A DNA stretch of 64,000 nt from a virus, in IMG/VR virus record IMGVR_UViG_3300007512_000025, positions 1-64,000 of that record; one strand, given 5' to 3'. Every line of letters begins with the position of its first letter. The stretch's first letter is position 1. The notes under the pieces were generated by a model. The model saw nothing but the letters and a program-made list of their open reading frames with translations, did no database searches and was not told the DNA's origin. This document shows positions 27,529 through 38,267 of this stretch, one piece after another. A program made the position numbers and the translations under genes.

Positions 27529-28462
27529 TGCGCTGAACATGTATTTCAGGGCGTATATTGTTGACCCGTCGTTGTCTACTAATGGTCAGCCCATCGGAGG
27601 CTTGAAGGGCTTCCTGAAGATAATGCAGAAGCTGGTGCGGGAAACCAAGCCTGATGGTGTTGTCATCTGTTGGGACGGTGCAGGCGGTTCGCAACGTCGT
27701 AAGTCGATGGTCAAGACATATAAGGAGGGTCGGAAACCCATCCGCTTGAACCGCGATGTTCGGAACATGAGCGAGGCTGAAGAAATCGAAAATAAAATTT
27801 GGCAGCAAACGCGGCTGGTTGAATATATTAATAGTCTTCCGATTATCCAGTTGATGCTGGAAGCGGTTGAGGCAGATGATATTATCTCGCATGTGGTTCA
27901 GATGCCTGCCTACCGAGGCTGGCAGAAGGTGATTGTTTCGTCCGATAAAGATTTCTTTCAGTTGTGCGATGACGAGACTGTGGTGTTTCGTCCGATTCAG
28001 AAAGAAGTTTTGAACAAGCACACAATCACGGAACGTCATGGGGTTCACCCCACAAACTTTGCATTGGCAAGGGCAATAGCTGGTGATAAAAGCGATAACC
28101 TACCCGGTGTCGCTGGCGTAGGACTTCCTACCGTTGCCAAGCGCCTGCCTTTCTTGTCCGAGGATAAGACATATTCGCTCAATGATGTCTATGAACACTG
28201 TGCTAATATTGACAGCAACATTAAAGCGTATTCAAGAATTGTGGAAGAATTTGATAAGGTTAAGCTAAACTATAAGATGATGCAGCTTTATCGACCAGCC
28301 ATTCCACCCCAAGGGAAGAAGAAAATTAATTATACCGTAAAAAACTTCGTCAACGAATTCAATAAGACTGAGGTTCGGAAGATGATGATACAGGATGGGT
28401 TTGGTCAAGGCAATTGGGATGATTTATTTCAAACAATGAACCGATTTTCCCTTGACAAATGA
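27500..28462 (+). CDS. 5'-3' exonuclease / flap endonuclease (T4 RNase H / PolI N-domain-like)
   Basis: LVIDALN, YKEGR, EADD, SSDKDFFQL, GDKSDNLPGVAGVG. Confidence 0.95.
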   Translation: MKMKRLLVIDALNMYFRAYIVDPSLSTNGQPIGGLKGFLKIMQKLVRETKPDGVVICWDGAGGSQRRKSMVKTYKEGRKPIRLNRDVRNMSEAEEIENKIWQQTRLVEYINSLPIIQLMLEAVEADDIISHVVQMPAYRGWQKVIVSSDKDFFQLCDDETVVFRPIQKEVLNKHTITERHGVHPTNFALARAIAGDKSDNLPGVAGVGLPTVAKRLPFLSEDKTYSLNDVYEHCANIDSNIKAYSRIVEEFDKVKLNYKMMQLYRPAIPPQGKKKINYTVKNFVNEFNKTEVRKMMIQDGFGQGNWDDLFQTMNRFSLDK

Positions 28463-28480
28463 CTTGAAATGATATATATT
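28452..28480 (+). promoter_or_regulatory. Sigma70-like promoter
   Basis: TTGACA-N17-TATATT. Confidence 0.7.
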
Positions 28481-28514
28481 ATAGATAACATAAAAACACA
28501 TTATCGGGGTAGCA

Positions 28515-29903
28515 ATGGCTGTTGCAATGGCTGAAGAACGTACAGATTTCTCACATTATGGTTCAAAATTTCAAGAAGGCTTGGCACAGCTTATCCTTGA
28601 TGACCGTGTATTCGCTGACCAAATCAGTGAAGTTTTAGATTATCAATATCTTGAAGTCCGATATCTAAAAGAGTTCGTTTCAAAAATATTTGATTACCGC
28701 CTGAAATATGGCACGCACCCATCGCGTGATACCATGGCAACAATCATCCGCGCAGAGTTGGAAGACATTAATGAAGTTGTCCGTCGCCAGATGCGGGATT
28801 ACTATGCGAGGGTCTATGCCTCTCCTACTCAGGTAGATGGTGCCGCACATATCAAAGAGGTGTCGCTTGACTTCTGCCGGAAGCAGAAGTTGAAGGCAGC
28901 GATGCTCAAGTGCGTTGGGCTAATCAAGTCATCTAGTTTTGACGAGATTAGCAAAACTATGAACGACGCTCTTAATATGGGTTCGCCCAACGATGCTGGT
29001 TACGATTATATTTTGGACTTTGAAAGAAGGTTTGAGATTAAGGCGCGGAACCCTGTGTCCACAGGTTGGCAACAGGTTGATTCTATCTGCCGAGGTGGAC
29101 TGGGAGCGGGAGAACTTGGTGTCTGCATCGCACCCACAGGCGCGGGCAAGTCAATGGCATTGGTGCATCTCGGTGCCCAAGGTATTTTAGAGGGTAAGAC
29201 TGTTGTCCACTACACTCTTGAACTTGCGGATGTGGTAGTGGCGACACGCTATGACAGTTGCATCACTGGAATTCCGCTGTCATCTACATTTTCTAACAAA
29301 GAAAAGATTTTTGATGCAATCAAGGACATTGAAGGTCAGCTAATCGTCAAGGAATATCCCACCAAGTCGGCTTCGACCAAGACCATCGCCGCACACTTGG
29401 ATAAACTGCATCGTCGCGGCATCGACGTGGGCATGGTAATTGTAGATTATGGAGACTTATTGCGACCAATCAGCATCCAGCGTGAAAAAAGAAATGAACT
29501 GGAATCTATTTATGAAGAGTTGCGAGCAATTGCTCAAATCTATGAGTGTCCAGTGTGGACTGCTTCTCAGACAAATCGTTCTGGTTTGAATGCAGAGGTC
29601 ATTACGATGGAGTCTATCTCTGAGGCATTCAACAAGTGCTTCGTTGCGGACTTCATCTTCTCCCTTTCACGGACAATCGAAGATAAAAATACCAACGAGG
29701 GAAGGTTCTTCATAGCAAAGAATAGAAACGGTCCAGATGGAATTGTCTATCCAATCTTTATGGATACAGCCAATGTAAAAATTAAGGTTGTAGCTGGCTC
29801 AGGTATGACACCCAATCAGGCAGTTTCTAAGTCTAGTAAAGAACAGGCTCAGTCACTGAAAGACCGCTACAAGGCGTTCAGGACAAAGAAGAAAGAGGAA
29901 TAG
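28515..29903 (+). CDS. dnaB: Replicative DNA helicase (DnaB/gp41-like)
   Basis: APTGAGKS, TLE, IVDYGDLL, WTASQTNR, AKNRNG. Confidence 0.95.
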   Translation: MAVAMAEERTDFSHYGSKFQEGLAQLILDDRVFADQISEVLDYQYLEVRYLKEFVSKIFDYRLKYGTHPSRDTMATIIRAELEDINEVVRRQMRDYYARVYASPTQVDGAAHIKEVSLDFCRKQKLKAAMLKCVGLIKSSSFDEISKTMNDALNMGSPNDAGYDYILDFERRFEIKARNPVSTGWQQVDSICRGGLGAGELGVCIAPTGAGKSMALVHLGAQGILEGKTVVHYTLELADVVVATRYDSCITGIPLSSTFSNKEKIFDAIKDIEGQLIVKEYPTKSASTKTIAAHLDKLHRRGIDVGMVIVDYGDLLRPISIQREKRNELESIYEELRAIAQIYECPVWTASQTNRSGLNAEVITMESISEAFNKCFVADFIFSLSRTIEDKNTNEGRFFIAKNRNGPDGIVYPIFMDTANVKIKVVAGSGMTPNQAVSKSSKEQAQSLKDRYKAFRTKKKEE

Positions 29904-32327
29904 ATGTACAATGAAGATGAAGTAAGGGAGGCGACCCTTCAATATTTTAATGGTGATGAACTTGCCACAAATGTTTTCATTACCAAGTATTGCCTCCGCG
30001 ATAAGCAGGGGAATTTTGTGGAAAAAACTCCAAGAGACATGCACAACCGCATGGCTGCGGAGTTTGCAAGGATTGAGAAGAAGTATGGTGGACCTAGAGC
30101 ATTAAGTCAGGATAAGATTGTTGAATATTTCGATAATTTTAAGTACATTGTGCCCCAAGGTTCGCCAATGATGGGGGTTGGAAATGATTATGTTAATGTC
30201 TCGCTATCAAATTGCGTTGTGGTCGAGTCACCAGCAGATAACATTTCCTCAATCATTAACTCTGGTCGAGATTTGGCTAATTTGTTTAAGCGTCGTTGCG
30301 GCGTTGGGCTTGACCTCTCTGATTTGCGACCGGATGGCGCACAGGTAAATAATTCTGCTGGAACAACCACGGGTGCTTGGTCATTCGCAGACCTCTATTC
30401 TTATGTGTGCCGCATGATTGGTCAGAACGGTCGCCGTGGCGCACTTATGATTACGATGGATGTGCGCCATCCAGATATTGAACAGTTTGTTACCATGAAG
30501 CACGACTTAACAAAAGTGACAGGAGCAAATGTTTCTGTCAAGATAAGCGATGACTTCATGTCGGCGGTACAAAATAAGCGGTCGTTTACTTTGACTTATC
30601 CAGTCGGCTCTGAAAACCCCAAGTACACAAAAGAGGTTCAAGCCGAAGAACTCTGGAATACCATTGTTGAGTCGGCGACCACCACCGCCGAACCCGGTAT
30701 TTTAATGTGGGACAACATTATTAATAACCTGCCTGCACATTCTTATGCTGAAGATGGGTTTGCTACGATTTGCACGAACCCGTGCGCGGAAATCCCTCTC
30801 TCTGCTTATGACTCTTGCAGGCTGATTTCTATTAATTTAAAAAACTTTGTCACGGGACCGTTCACGGTCCACGCAAAGTTTAAATTTAAAAAGTTTACCG
30901 AAGTTGTCTCAGCCGCAATGAGATTGTCGGATGACTTGGTTGACTTGGAACTTGAAAAGCTACAAACAATTATTGAATTAGCGGACACTCCAGATGAAAA
31001 AGAGTTGTGGAGCAAACTGTACGTTGCAGCCCGAGATGGGCGCAGGACAGGTCTTGGGACTCACGGCTTGGCAGATGCCTTGGCTTGCCTTAACATGGGA
31101 TACGACTCCGACGAAGGGCTTGCGATGATTTCTCGCATCTATGCTTGTCTTCGTGATACCGCTTATCAGGAGAGTGTCAATCTCTCGACCGAGCGAAGCC
31201 AATTCCCCGTATTTTCTTGGAATAAAGAAAGGAACAATGGGTATATCAAAAGGCTTCCCGAGACATTGCAGCGGGCAATCGCACGGCATGGAAGAAGGAA
31301 CATTTCTCTTTTGACGAACGCACCCACTGGTTCTGTTTCAATTCTTTCACAAACCTCGTCGGGGCTGGAGCCTGTATTTAGAAACTCTTATGTACGTCGC
31401 CGAAAGATGAGCCATGACGAGAGCGACATCGAACCAGATTTTGTTGATGACCTCGGTGACCGCTGGAAAGAATTTGAAGTGTTCCATCACAACGTGGAGC
31501 AGTGGAGGGCAATGAACGAAGGAAAGGACTTGCCCGCCTTCTTTGTTGAGTCCGACCAGATTGATTGGACACGTCGTGTTGAAATTCAGCAGGCGATTCA
31601 AGACAACATCGACCACGCAATTAGTTCTACAATTAATTTGCCCGCTGGCACCGAGCCATCGGTTGTGGGCAACTTATATCTTGAGGGCTGGCGTCGAGGG
31701 CTGAAGGGCGTGACTGTGTACGTCGATGGAAGCCGTTCAGGTGTCCTTGTGTCTAATGACGATGCGGCACAAACCACTGGCTTTCCACACCACACCGCAC
31801 CCAAGCGTCCAGAGGTTGTCGATTGCGACATCCACCACACCACCATTCAGGGGGAGAAGTGGGTTGTGCTTGTTGGCTTGTTAGATGATAAGCCTTATGA
31901 AGTTTTGGCTGGCGAAGCGAGCCTGATTGAGATTCCAAAGAAATATAATAAAGGAAGCTTGACCAAGCACAGTTACAAAACAAGAAATAACCGATACGAT
32001 TTATCATTTGGATACAACGGCGACACGATTAATATTAAGGATGTGGTCAAGGTATTCGATAACCCCAGCAACGCTTCATTCACCCGCATGATTTCACTTG
32101 GGCTACGTCATGGCGCACGTCCGAGGTTCATGGTGGAACAGTTGCAGAAAGATAAAAACAGCGACATGTTCAGCTTCGCAAGGTGCATCGCTCGCATCCT
32201 AAAGAATTATATTCAGGATGGCGAGTTGCCCAGCGACAAGGTGTGCGAGGCTTGTGCAGCAGAGACTTTGATTTACCAAGATGGCTGCGTCACTTGTACT
32301 TCCTGCGGCTATGCGAAGTGTGGATAA
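29904..32327 (+). CDS. nrdJ: Class II (adenosylcobalamin-dependent) ribonucleotide reductase
   Basis: SNC, TNPCAEI, APTGS, SSTIN, GVTVY.DGSR, C-terminal Zn ribbon ending CGYAKCG; no beta subunit adjacent. Confidence 0.92.
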   Translation: MYNEDEVREATLQYFNGDELATNVFITKYCLRDKQGNFVEKTPRDMHNRMAAEFARIEKKYGGPRALSQDKIVEYFDNFKYIVPQGSPMMGVGNDYVNVSLSNCVVVESPADNISSIINSGRDLANLFKRRCGVGLDLSDLRPDGAQVNNSAGTTTGAWSFADLYSYVCRMIGQNGRRGALMITMDVRHPDIEQFVTMKHDLTKVTGANVSVKISDDFMSAVQNKRSFTLTYPVGSENPKYTKEVQAEELWNTIVESATTTAEPGILMWDNIINNLPAHSYAEDGFATICTNPCAEIPLSAYDSCRLISINLKNFVTGPFTVHAKFKFKKFTEVVSAAMRLSDDLVDLELEKLQTIIELADTPDEKELWSKLYVAARDGRRTGLGTHGLADALACLNMGYDSDEGLAMISRIYACLRDTAYQESVNLSTERSQFPVFSWNKERNNGYIKRLPETLQRAIARHGRRNISLLTNAPTGSVSILSQTSSGLEPVFRNSYVRRRKMSHDESDIEPDFVDDLGDRWKEFEVFHHNVEQWRAMNEGKDLPAFFVESDQIDWTRRVEIQQAIQDNIDHAISSTINLPAGTEPSVVGNLYLEGWRRGLKGVTVYVDGSRSGVLVSNDDAAQTTGFPHHTAPKRPEVVDCDIHHTTIQGEKWVVLVGLLDDKPYEVLAGEASLIEIPKKYNKGSLTKHSYKTRNNRYDLSFGYNGDTINIKDVVKVFDNPSNASFTRMISLGLRHGARPRFMVEQLQKDKNSDMFSFARCIARILKNYIQDGELPSDKVCEACAAETLIYQDGCVTCTSCGYAKCG

Positions 32328-32344
32328 AAAAATAAAAAAAGTCC

Positions 32345-32373
32345 TTGACAAACGGGTCAAGATAGGGTATATT
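32345..32373 (+). promoter_or_regulatory. Sigma70-like promoter
   Basis: A-tract, TTGACA-N17-TATATT, intergenic. Confidence 0.8.
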
Positions 32374-32412
32374 AGTATAGTAAAACAAACCAACAAACAA
32401 AAGGAGTTTGGT

Positions 32413-32673
32413 ATGAACGAGACAGGTAATGAAATCGTGACGGAGCAAGATGAGCATGTCATCAATTATGTGAAGTCTCTCGCAGCGATTGAAGAAGCTA
32501 TGGAGCCGTTTAAGGAACAGAAGCGTGCGCTCAAGGGTAACTACATTGAGAACGGTTGGTTGTCCCGTGAGGATATCAGCTTGGCTGTTAAGGCGTTCCG
32601 TATGATTCAGAAGAACACTGACCCTGAGCAGTTGATGGATTACTACAACACTGTCAATAAGAAGCTTCGATGA
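32413..32673 (+). CDS. Small helical protein, possibly GapR/T4 DsbA-like DNA binder
   Basis: SD AAGGAG; coiled helix followed by G.L......AVKA.R pattern; functional call weak. Confidence 0.6.
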   Translation: MNETGNEIVTEQDEHVINYVKSLAAIEEAMEPFKEQKRALKGNYIENGWLSREDISLAVKAFRMIQKNTDPEQLMDYYNTVNKKLR

Positions 32674-32948
32674 TACCGATGAACAGACATGTCAGGGTTG
32701 ACATCGTACAGCAGGCTCCCTCCGATGCTGCGGGGGGAGTCTTGATGCCAGAGGACTACAAGGCAGTTCAGGAGTGGGAAGTCGGCGTGGTCAAGGAGGT
32801 TTCTTCTGATTGTGAACGCTTCTCTGTGGATGATGTTGGTGGTGTTGTCGTGTTTCGCGGGAACATGCTGGTCTGTGTCGATGCCTTGGGTGGTCAATAC
32901 CACTTTGTGCAAGAGAACTATGTGGTCTGCAAGCAGCCCGTTCGTTAA
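32670..32948 (+). CDS. groES: Co-chaperonin GroES-like
   Basis: P.NRHV.V, mobile loop AAGGVLMP, G.V..V, Y..V.E..V. Confidence 0.75.
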   Translation: MIPMNRHVRVDIVQQAPSDAAGGVLMPEDYKAVQEWEVGVVKEVSSDCERFSVDDVGGVVVFRGNMLVCVDALGGQYHFVQENYVVCKQPVR

Positions 32949-32967
32949 TTAAAGGAAGTGAAGTTGT

Positions 32968-33738
32968 ATGCAGGAATTGGTGGTTGGGTGTACCATTGAG
33001 GCGTTGCGCCATGCATTTGAGCGCGACCTTCCACTGGTCTATCTCAACCCCAAGCCGCCCCACCGATTTACTGGTGACACAGAAGAATGGCATCATTTAT
33101 ACTTTTGTCTTTCCTTGGCAGGACAAATAAAATTTGGCAATAAAATTTCTCAAATCAGAATATCTGACGAAGGACTAAGAATGACTGTTGGGCACCGTGT
33201 TCATGTTGTTCAGGCTTCTTCGTTTCTTATGTTTGATGATGGGAGTGTCGATGGGTTACCTTCTGCTGAAAGGTCTGACCCGCTCAACGAAGTCTTGGAC
33301 TGGATTGATGTGCGAAGCGGTATGAAGCATGATTTTCATAGAATTCATATATACAATTCGCCATTCATCGTGGGGGTAAATTTTTATCCATCCGAGAGGA
33401 TTGATGGCAATCATGACCTGATGGATGCGTGTACTATAAGCTATCTTACCGACGAACAGTTGCAAGACTTTGAATATTCAGAATTGATAACCAGAATCAA
33501 GACAGAAGAAATAATGAAAGAGGCTGGAATCAAAGGCACTGGCAATGGTGCGGGCAGGTTTTTGCCCTTGAAGTTAGAGTCCCGCGTGAGAGAGGTGTAC
33601 CCGAAGGGGGTCAATCTCTATTCAGAATTGCCCGATGGTATTAAGATTATGGGTAGTTCATCAGTCAGGTATCCGCACTCAAAAAGTGGATATCTAAATT
33701 ATTTAATTAAAGGTGTGCGGTGTGATAGAGAGCGGTGA
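32968..33738 (+). CDS. Hypothetical protein (Rossmann-like N-terminus)
   Basis: LVVGCTIEAL..A start; overlaps next gene. Confidence 0.7.
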   Translation: MQELVVGCTIEALRHAFERDLPLVYLNPKPPHRFTGDTEEWHHLYFCLSLAGQIKFGNKISQIRISDEGLRMTVGHRVHVVQASSFLMFDDGSVDGLPSAERSDPLNEVLDWIDVRSGMKHDFHRIHIYNSPFIVGVNFYPSERIDGNHDLMDACTISYLTDEQLQDFEYSELITRIKTEEIMKEAGIKGTGNGAGRFLPLKLESRVREVYPKGVNLYSELPDGIKIMGSSSVRYPHSKSGYLNYLIKGVRCDRER

Positions 33739-34600
33739 ACAAAACACTTCAGCCTTTCACTTGGCGGGGCTGGTTCCCGTGGCTGGTCAGCCGCTGGACT
33801 TCGATATGCCGTGGCACGATTCCTTGATGCCGATAGGAAAAAATTATCTGGCAGTGGAGCGAGCAGTGCTGGAATGTGCGTGGGCTGGGTCAGAAACTAT
33901 CTGGGTCGTGTGCCATAGGGACATGCAGCCACTAATTAAAGAGCGCATGGGGGAGTGGATTTTTGACCCCAACTCGCTGCTGCAAAAGGGAATCTTTCAA
34001 TCTGAGAAGCGCAGGCGCATTCCGATTTACTATGTTCCCGTGCATCCGAAGGACAGAGACAGAAGGGATTGCTTAGGGTGGTCAGCCTTGTACGGTGCGC
34101 TCAGTGCCTATTATATTTCTAAGCGCATCAGTAAGTGGCTCATCCCAGATAAATTTTATTGTGCATTTCCATACGGAATCTATAATCCCGAATTGCTCAA
34201 AAATTTTCGCCGCAAAATTTCCAGAAACGGAACTTTTTGCTTGACATACAAAGGCGGTTCTGTTATAACAGGTGAGTATTTGGGATTTACCTTCGATGGT
34301 GAAGATTTCAAGAGATGTAGGAGAAGGGTGCGTGAAGAAGGAACGTCTTTGCACGATTCAGACGGAAATCGCTTGCCAATTGAAAAAAGATGGTCTGCAA
34401 GAAACTTTTCCCTTGACAAAGTGTTCTCAGATGTTATAATAGATATAGATTCAAAGTTTGAGGTTCCGTGGTATCACAGAGTGGACTCATGGGATGGATT
34501 GACTGAATATTGGTCGGGTGGCGAGTCACTAACAAAGCCCGATTTCTTTAAACCAAAAAAGTGGAATAAAATGGGAGGATTGGGTGCAGAATCAGATTGA
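33713..34600 (+). CDS. Sugar-phosphate nucleotidyltransferase-fold protein, divergent
   Basis: GLVPVAG, P...LMPIG, ERAVLEC..AG.ETIWVV, terminal VDSW. Confidence 0.65.
   Translation: MCGVIESGEQNTSAFHLAGLVPVAGQPLDFDMPWHDSLMPIGKNYLAVERAVLECAWAGSETIWVVCHRDMQPLIKERMGEWIFDPNSLLQKGIFQSEKRRRIPIYYVPVHPKDRDRRDCLGWSALYGALSAYYISKRISKWLIPDKFYCAFPYGIYNPELLKNFRRKISRNGTFCLTYKGGSVITGEYLGFTFDGEDFKRCRRRVREEGTSLHDSDGNRLPIEKRWSARNFSLDKVFSDVIIDIDSKFEVPWYHRVDSWDGLTEYWSGGESLTKPDFFKPKKWNKMGGLGAESD
34413..34440 (+). promoter_or_regulatory. Sigma70-like promoter within CDS
   Basis: TTGACA-N16-TATAAT with TG. Confidence 0.6.
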
Positions 34601-34832
34601 GAGAACCTTTGACGATATGTCTTATACAGATAAGGAAATGGCGGGGCTACCAGTAAGGTATTTTTTGCTTGACACCAACATAAAATTATTTTTGGAAAAT
34701 TTCGTTGAATCACTTGACAAACCCGACCAATCTGATAATATAGAGGATGTCACAATGGCGCGAGAGTTAATGGTTGAGGCGTCCGAGATTTTACTGGTTG
34801 CTATTAAGAGGATGTGTCCTGATGCGAAATAA
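34584..34832 (+). CDS. Hypothetical protein
   Basis: SD GGAGG before GTG; fills gap before dnaE. Confidence 0.55.
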   Translation: MQNQIERTFDDMSYTDKEMAGLPVRYFLLDTNIKLFLENFVESLDKPDQSDNIEDVTMARELMVEASEILLVAIKRMCPDAK

Positions 34833-37800
34833 TTCTACTATTCCATTCGTTGGGCTTCACGCTCACTCTGTGGCGGGTTCTCCGTTCGATGCGCTTGGTT
34901 ACCCCCAAGAGCATATGGACTACGCTTATAATAATGGCATGGAAGCCCTTGCGCTAACCGACCACGGCAACTGCAATGGCTTGGCTCATCAAGTCTTGCA
35001 CACGAAGAAGATGCGAGCCGAAGGAAAAGAATTTAAGCCGATTTACGGTGTTGAGGCGTATTTCCATCCGTCCATCGCGGGCTGGAAGGACGATTATGAT
35101 GAAGCCAAGAAAGTCAAGAAGAATGCTTCTGCACTCAAGGACGGCAGCACAGGCGGCGCAGTGGTCGAAGACGAACAGAGGCACTTCAAGGGGCTGGTGA
35201 ATCGTCGCAATCATCTTATTCTGCTGGCTCAGAACCAGACAGGCTTGAATAACATTTTCAAGATGGTGTCAGACTCGTTCTCAGGCGATAACTACTATCG
35301 CTTCCCCCGTGTTGATTATGAATTGCTTGCCAAGCACTCTGAGGGCGTTATCGCCGCCTCTGCGTGCCTTGGTGGGGTTTATGCTGGCTGCATGTGGCGA
35401 AACGCAGTATATGACGATGAGGGCAATCGGACACGCTTCGATGAAGTGGGGATTCTTGCTGATATGCGGGAAACAACAAGCCAGATGCAAGAGATTTTTG
35501 GTGACCGCTGGTATGGCGAACTTCAGTGGAATAATATTCCAGAGCAGCATCTATTGAACCAGTACATTATTAAAATGTCCGAAGAATTTGGCATGAAGCT
35601 GATTTCTACGGCTGATAGTCACTATCCAAATCCAGATGCATGGAAAGACCGTATTCTTTATAAGAGGCTTGGCTGGCTGGGTCGCAAGGACGAGGTTCCC
35701 TCCGAGTTGCCTGCGGGCTTGGATGAGGTTGGCTATGAGTTGTATCCCAAGAATGGCGACCAGATGTGGGAATCATATTTAAACTATTCTAAGGAATGTG
35801 ACGTTGACTATAATGATGACGTTGTAAGGGCTTCTATCACAGAGACTCACAACATTGCGATGAATCTCATCGAGAATTTTCTACCAGACTCTACTGTGCG
35901 CCTCCCAGACTTTGTTGTGCCCGAGGGCAAGACTGCAACACAGGCTTTGGTGGCACTGTGCTTGGACGGGATGCGGAGCATGGGGTTGATGGAGAAGCCC
36001 GAGTATGTGGCACGCCTGAAGAAAGAACTTGAAATCATCGACAGCCGTGGGTTCAGCAAATATTTCTTGACTATGAAGGCGGTCGCTGACAAGGCTGTTG
36101 AAACTCAGCTTGTTGGTCCGGGTCGCGGCTCCGCTGCTGGCTCGCTTGCATCTTATGTCTTGAACATCACGCAAGTTGACCCCATTAAGTACGGTCTGCT
36201 GTTCAGCCGCTTCATGCGTTCCGATGCGAAGGACTACCCCGACATTGATTATGATGTTGCGGAGCCTATGGAGTTGAAGGAGCGTCTGGCAGAAGAATGG
36301 GGCAGGAATACGGTTGTTCCTATCTCTAATTGGAACACTCTACAGCTTCGCTCTCTGATTAAGGACATCTCAAAATTCTATCAGATTCCGTTTGTCGAGG
36401 TGAACGCCGTGACGGGACGGATGCTGCATGAGGCTACTCCCAAAGCAAAGCGCAAACACGGCATCACAGCGGGCGTCTATGCTCCCACCTTTGAAGAAGT
36501 AATGGAGTTCTCAGAAACGCTCCAGTCGTTCTTGCGGAAGTATCCACACGTCAAAACACACGTCGAGGCGTTGTACGGGCAGGTTCGTTCTTGCTCTCGC
36601 CACGCGGGTGGCGTTGTGATTGCCGAAAACTTGGATAAGTACATGCCGCTTATTACTAGCGGGGGTGTGCGACAGGCTCCGTGGTCAGAGGGTCAGAATG
36701 TTCGACATCTTGAGCCAATGGGGTTTATTAAGTTCGATATCCTTGGACTGGCTTCACTCCGCATGATGCACAACTGTATTAAGAATATTCTTCGCAGGCA
36801 TCATGGAAATGATAATCCGACCTTTAACGAAGTTCGTGATTTCTATGACAAGCAGCTTCACCCAGATGTTATAAATTTTGATGACCAAGATGTTTATGAA
36901 AATATTTTTCACAAGGGTCGTTGGGCAGGAATCTTTCAGTTTACTGAAGCCGGGGCACAAACATTTTGTGTCAATGCGAAGCCGAGAAGTATCATTGATA
37001 TTTCTGCCATCACTTCTATCTTTCGTCCGGGTCCGTTGTCGGCAAAGGTCGATAAGAATTATGTCGAAGCCAAGGAGAATCCCGCTGGCATTAAGTATCT
37101 CAATGATACCGTCCGTGAGGTGACCGAAGAAACTTTTGGCTTCCTTATCTTCCAAGAGCAGATTGCATTGCTGGCTCACAAGCTGGGCGGCTTGACGCTC
37201 GATGAGGGCAACATGCTTCGCAAGGTTCTGACCAAGAAGGGCACGGGCAAGGGCAACATTAAAATTAAGTTGCGCGATAAGTTTGTTGGTGGCTGTTCTG
37301 AGAAGGGCATCTCTGTGCGAGATTCGGAAAAGCTTTGGGAGACATTTGAGTTCTTCTCGGGCTATGGCTTCAATAAGTCGCACGCCGTTTCATACAGCAT
37401 TCTGTCTTATCAGTGCGCTTGGTTGTTCCACTACTATCCAGTAGAATGGATTGCTGCGTTCTTGGACAAGGAGCCAGAGTCCCGCAAGGAGCGTGCTATC
37501 AATGCTGCGAAGAAGATGGGCTTTGAGGTTGTGCCGATTGACATTAATATGTCTGATAGGGACTGGCAGATTGCCGATGACACTACGCTGGTGCAACCAT
37601 TTTCTTCTGTGAAGGGCTTGGGCGATGCAGCGATTGACCAAATACTAAACAATCGACCGTTTACTGATATTGAACACTTTCTTTTCAACGACGATATGGT
37701 TTATTCTAAGCTGAACAAGAAGGCGCTGGATGTGTTAGTTCGGAGTCAAGCATTAAATAGCCTGATGGATGAACGGTTCACTGGTCGGAAACACTTTTGG

Positions 37801-38256
37801 TCGGTCGTAGCGGTTGACAGGGCAAAGACCAAGAAGAAGTTTGGTGAAAATATTGAGTTGTATGCACCCGAGGCTGACTTTACTGATGAAGAAATGATTG
37901 AACATCAGGTCGATTTGACTGGCATCTTTCCGTTTGAGTTGGTAATTACTGGTGATGTTCTTGAAACGCTCGACTCTTGTGGGTGCCCCCCGCTTGGTGA
38001 GTTTGACCCTGAGCTAAAGATTGCTTGGTTCATCCCTCGGGAGATTATTGAGAAGAAGACAAAGAACGGGAAGGATTACTGGATTGTAAAGGTAATTGAT
38101 TCAACTAGTTCTGTTGCTTCTATCAAGTGCTGGGGGATTAAAAAGGGTGTAGACAATCTTTTTATTAACAGACCGTACATGGCTAAGTTAGACTATAGTG
38201 AGCAGTGGGGCTTTAGTACCAGAAGTATTCGACACAATTTCCGTCTGTTGGCATAA
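34822..38256 (+). CDS. dnaE: DNA polymerase III alpha subunit (family C)
   Basis: PHP LHAHS, ALTDHG, GPGRGSAAGS, PDIDYD, HAGGVVI, KFDILGL, GYGFNKSHAVSY. Confidence 0.97.
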   Translation: MRNNSTIPFVGLHAHSVAGSPFDALGYPQEHMDYAYNNGMEALALTDHGNCNGLAHQVLHTKKMRAEGKEFKPIYGVEAYFHPSIAGWKDDYDEAKKVKKNASALKDGSTGGAVVEDEQRHFKGLVNRRNHLILLAQNQTGLNNIFKMVSDSFSGDNYYRFPRVDYELLAKHSEGVIAASACLGGVYAGCMWRNAVYDDEGNRTRFDEVGILADMRETTSQMQEIFGDRWYGELQWNNIPEQHLLNQYIIKMSEEFGMKLISTADSHYPNPDAWKDRILYKRLGWLGRKDEVPSELPAGLDEVGYELYPKNGDQMWESYLNYSKECDVDYNDDVVRASITETHNIAMNLIENFLPDSTVRLPDFVVPEGKTATQALVALCLDGMRSMGLMEKPEYVARLKKELEIIDSRGFSKYFLTMKAVADKAVETQLVGPGRGSAAGSLASYVLNITQVDPIKYGLLFSRFMRSDAKDYPDIDYDVAEPMELKERLAEEWGRNTVVPISNWNTLQLRSLIKDISKFYQIPFVEVNAVTGRMLHEATPKAKRKHGITAGVYAPTFEEVMEFSETLQSFLRKYPHVKTHVEALYGQVRSCSRHAGGVVIAENLDKYMPLITSGGVRQAPWSEGQNVRHLEPMGFIKFDILGLASLRMMHNCIKNILRRHHGNDNPTFNEVRDFYDKQLHPDVINFDDQDVYENIFHKGRWAGIFQFTEAGAQTFCVNAKPRSIIDISAITSIFRPGPLSAKVDKNYVEAKENPAGIKYLNDTVREVTEETFGFLIFQEQIALLAHKLGGLTLDEGNMLRKVLTKKGTGKGNIKIKLRDKFVGGCSEKGISVRDSEKLWETFEFFSGYGFNKSHAVSYSILSYQCAWLFHYYPVEWIAAFLDKEPESRKERAINAAKKMGFEVVPIDINMSDRDWQIADDTTLVQPFSSVKGLGDAAIDQILNNRPFTDIEHFLFNDDMVYSKLNKKALDVLVRSQALNSLMDERFTGRKHFWSVVAVDRAKTKKKFGENIELYAPEADFTDEEMIEHQVDLTGIFPFELVITGDVLETLDSCGCPPLGEFDPELKIAWFIPREIIEKKTKNGKDYWIVKVIDSTSSVASIKCWGIKKGVDNLFINRPYMAKLDYSEQWGFSTRSIRHNFRLLA

Positions 38257-38267
38257 AGGAGAAAATA

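Noticed and set aside
25893-38256. Inteins or introns in RecA, DnaB, NrdJ or DnaE
   Set aside because: Lengths are ordinary, motifs are contiguous, and no C...HN splice or LAGLIDADG signatures were seen
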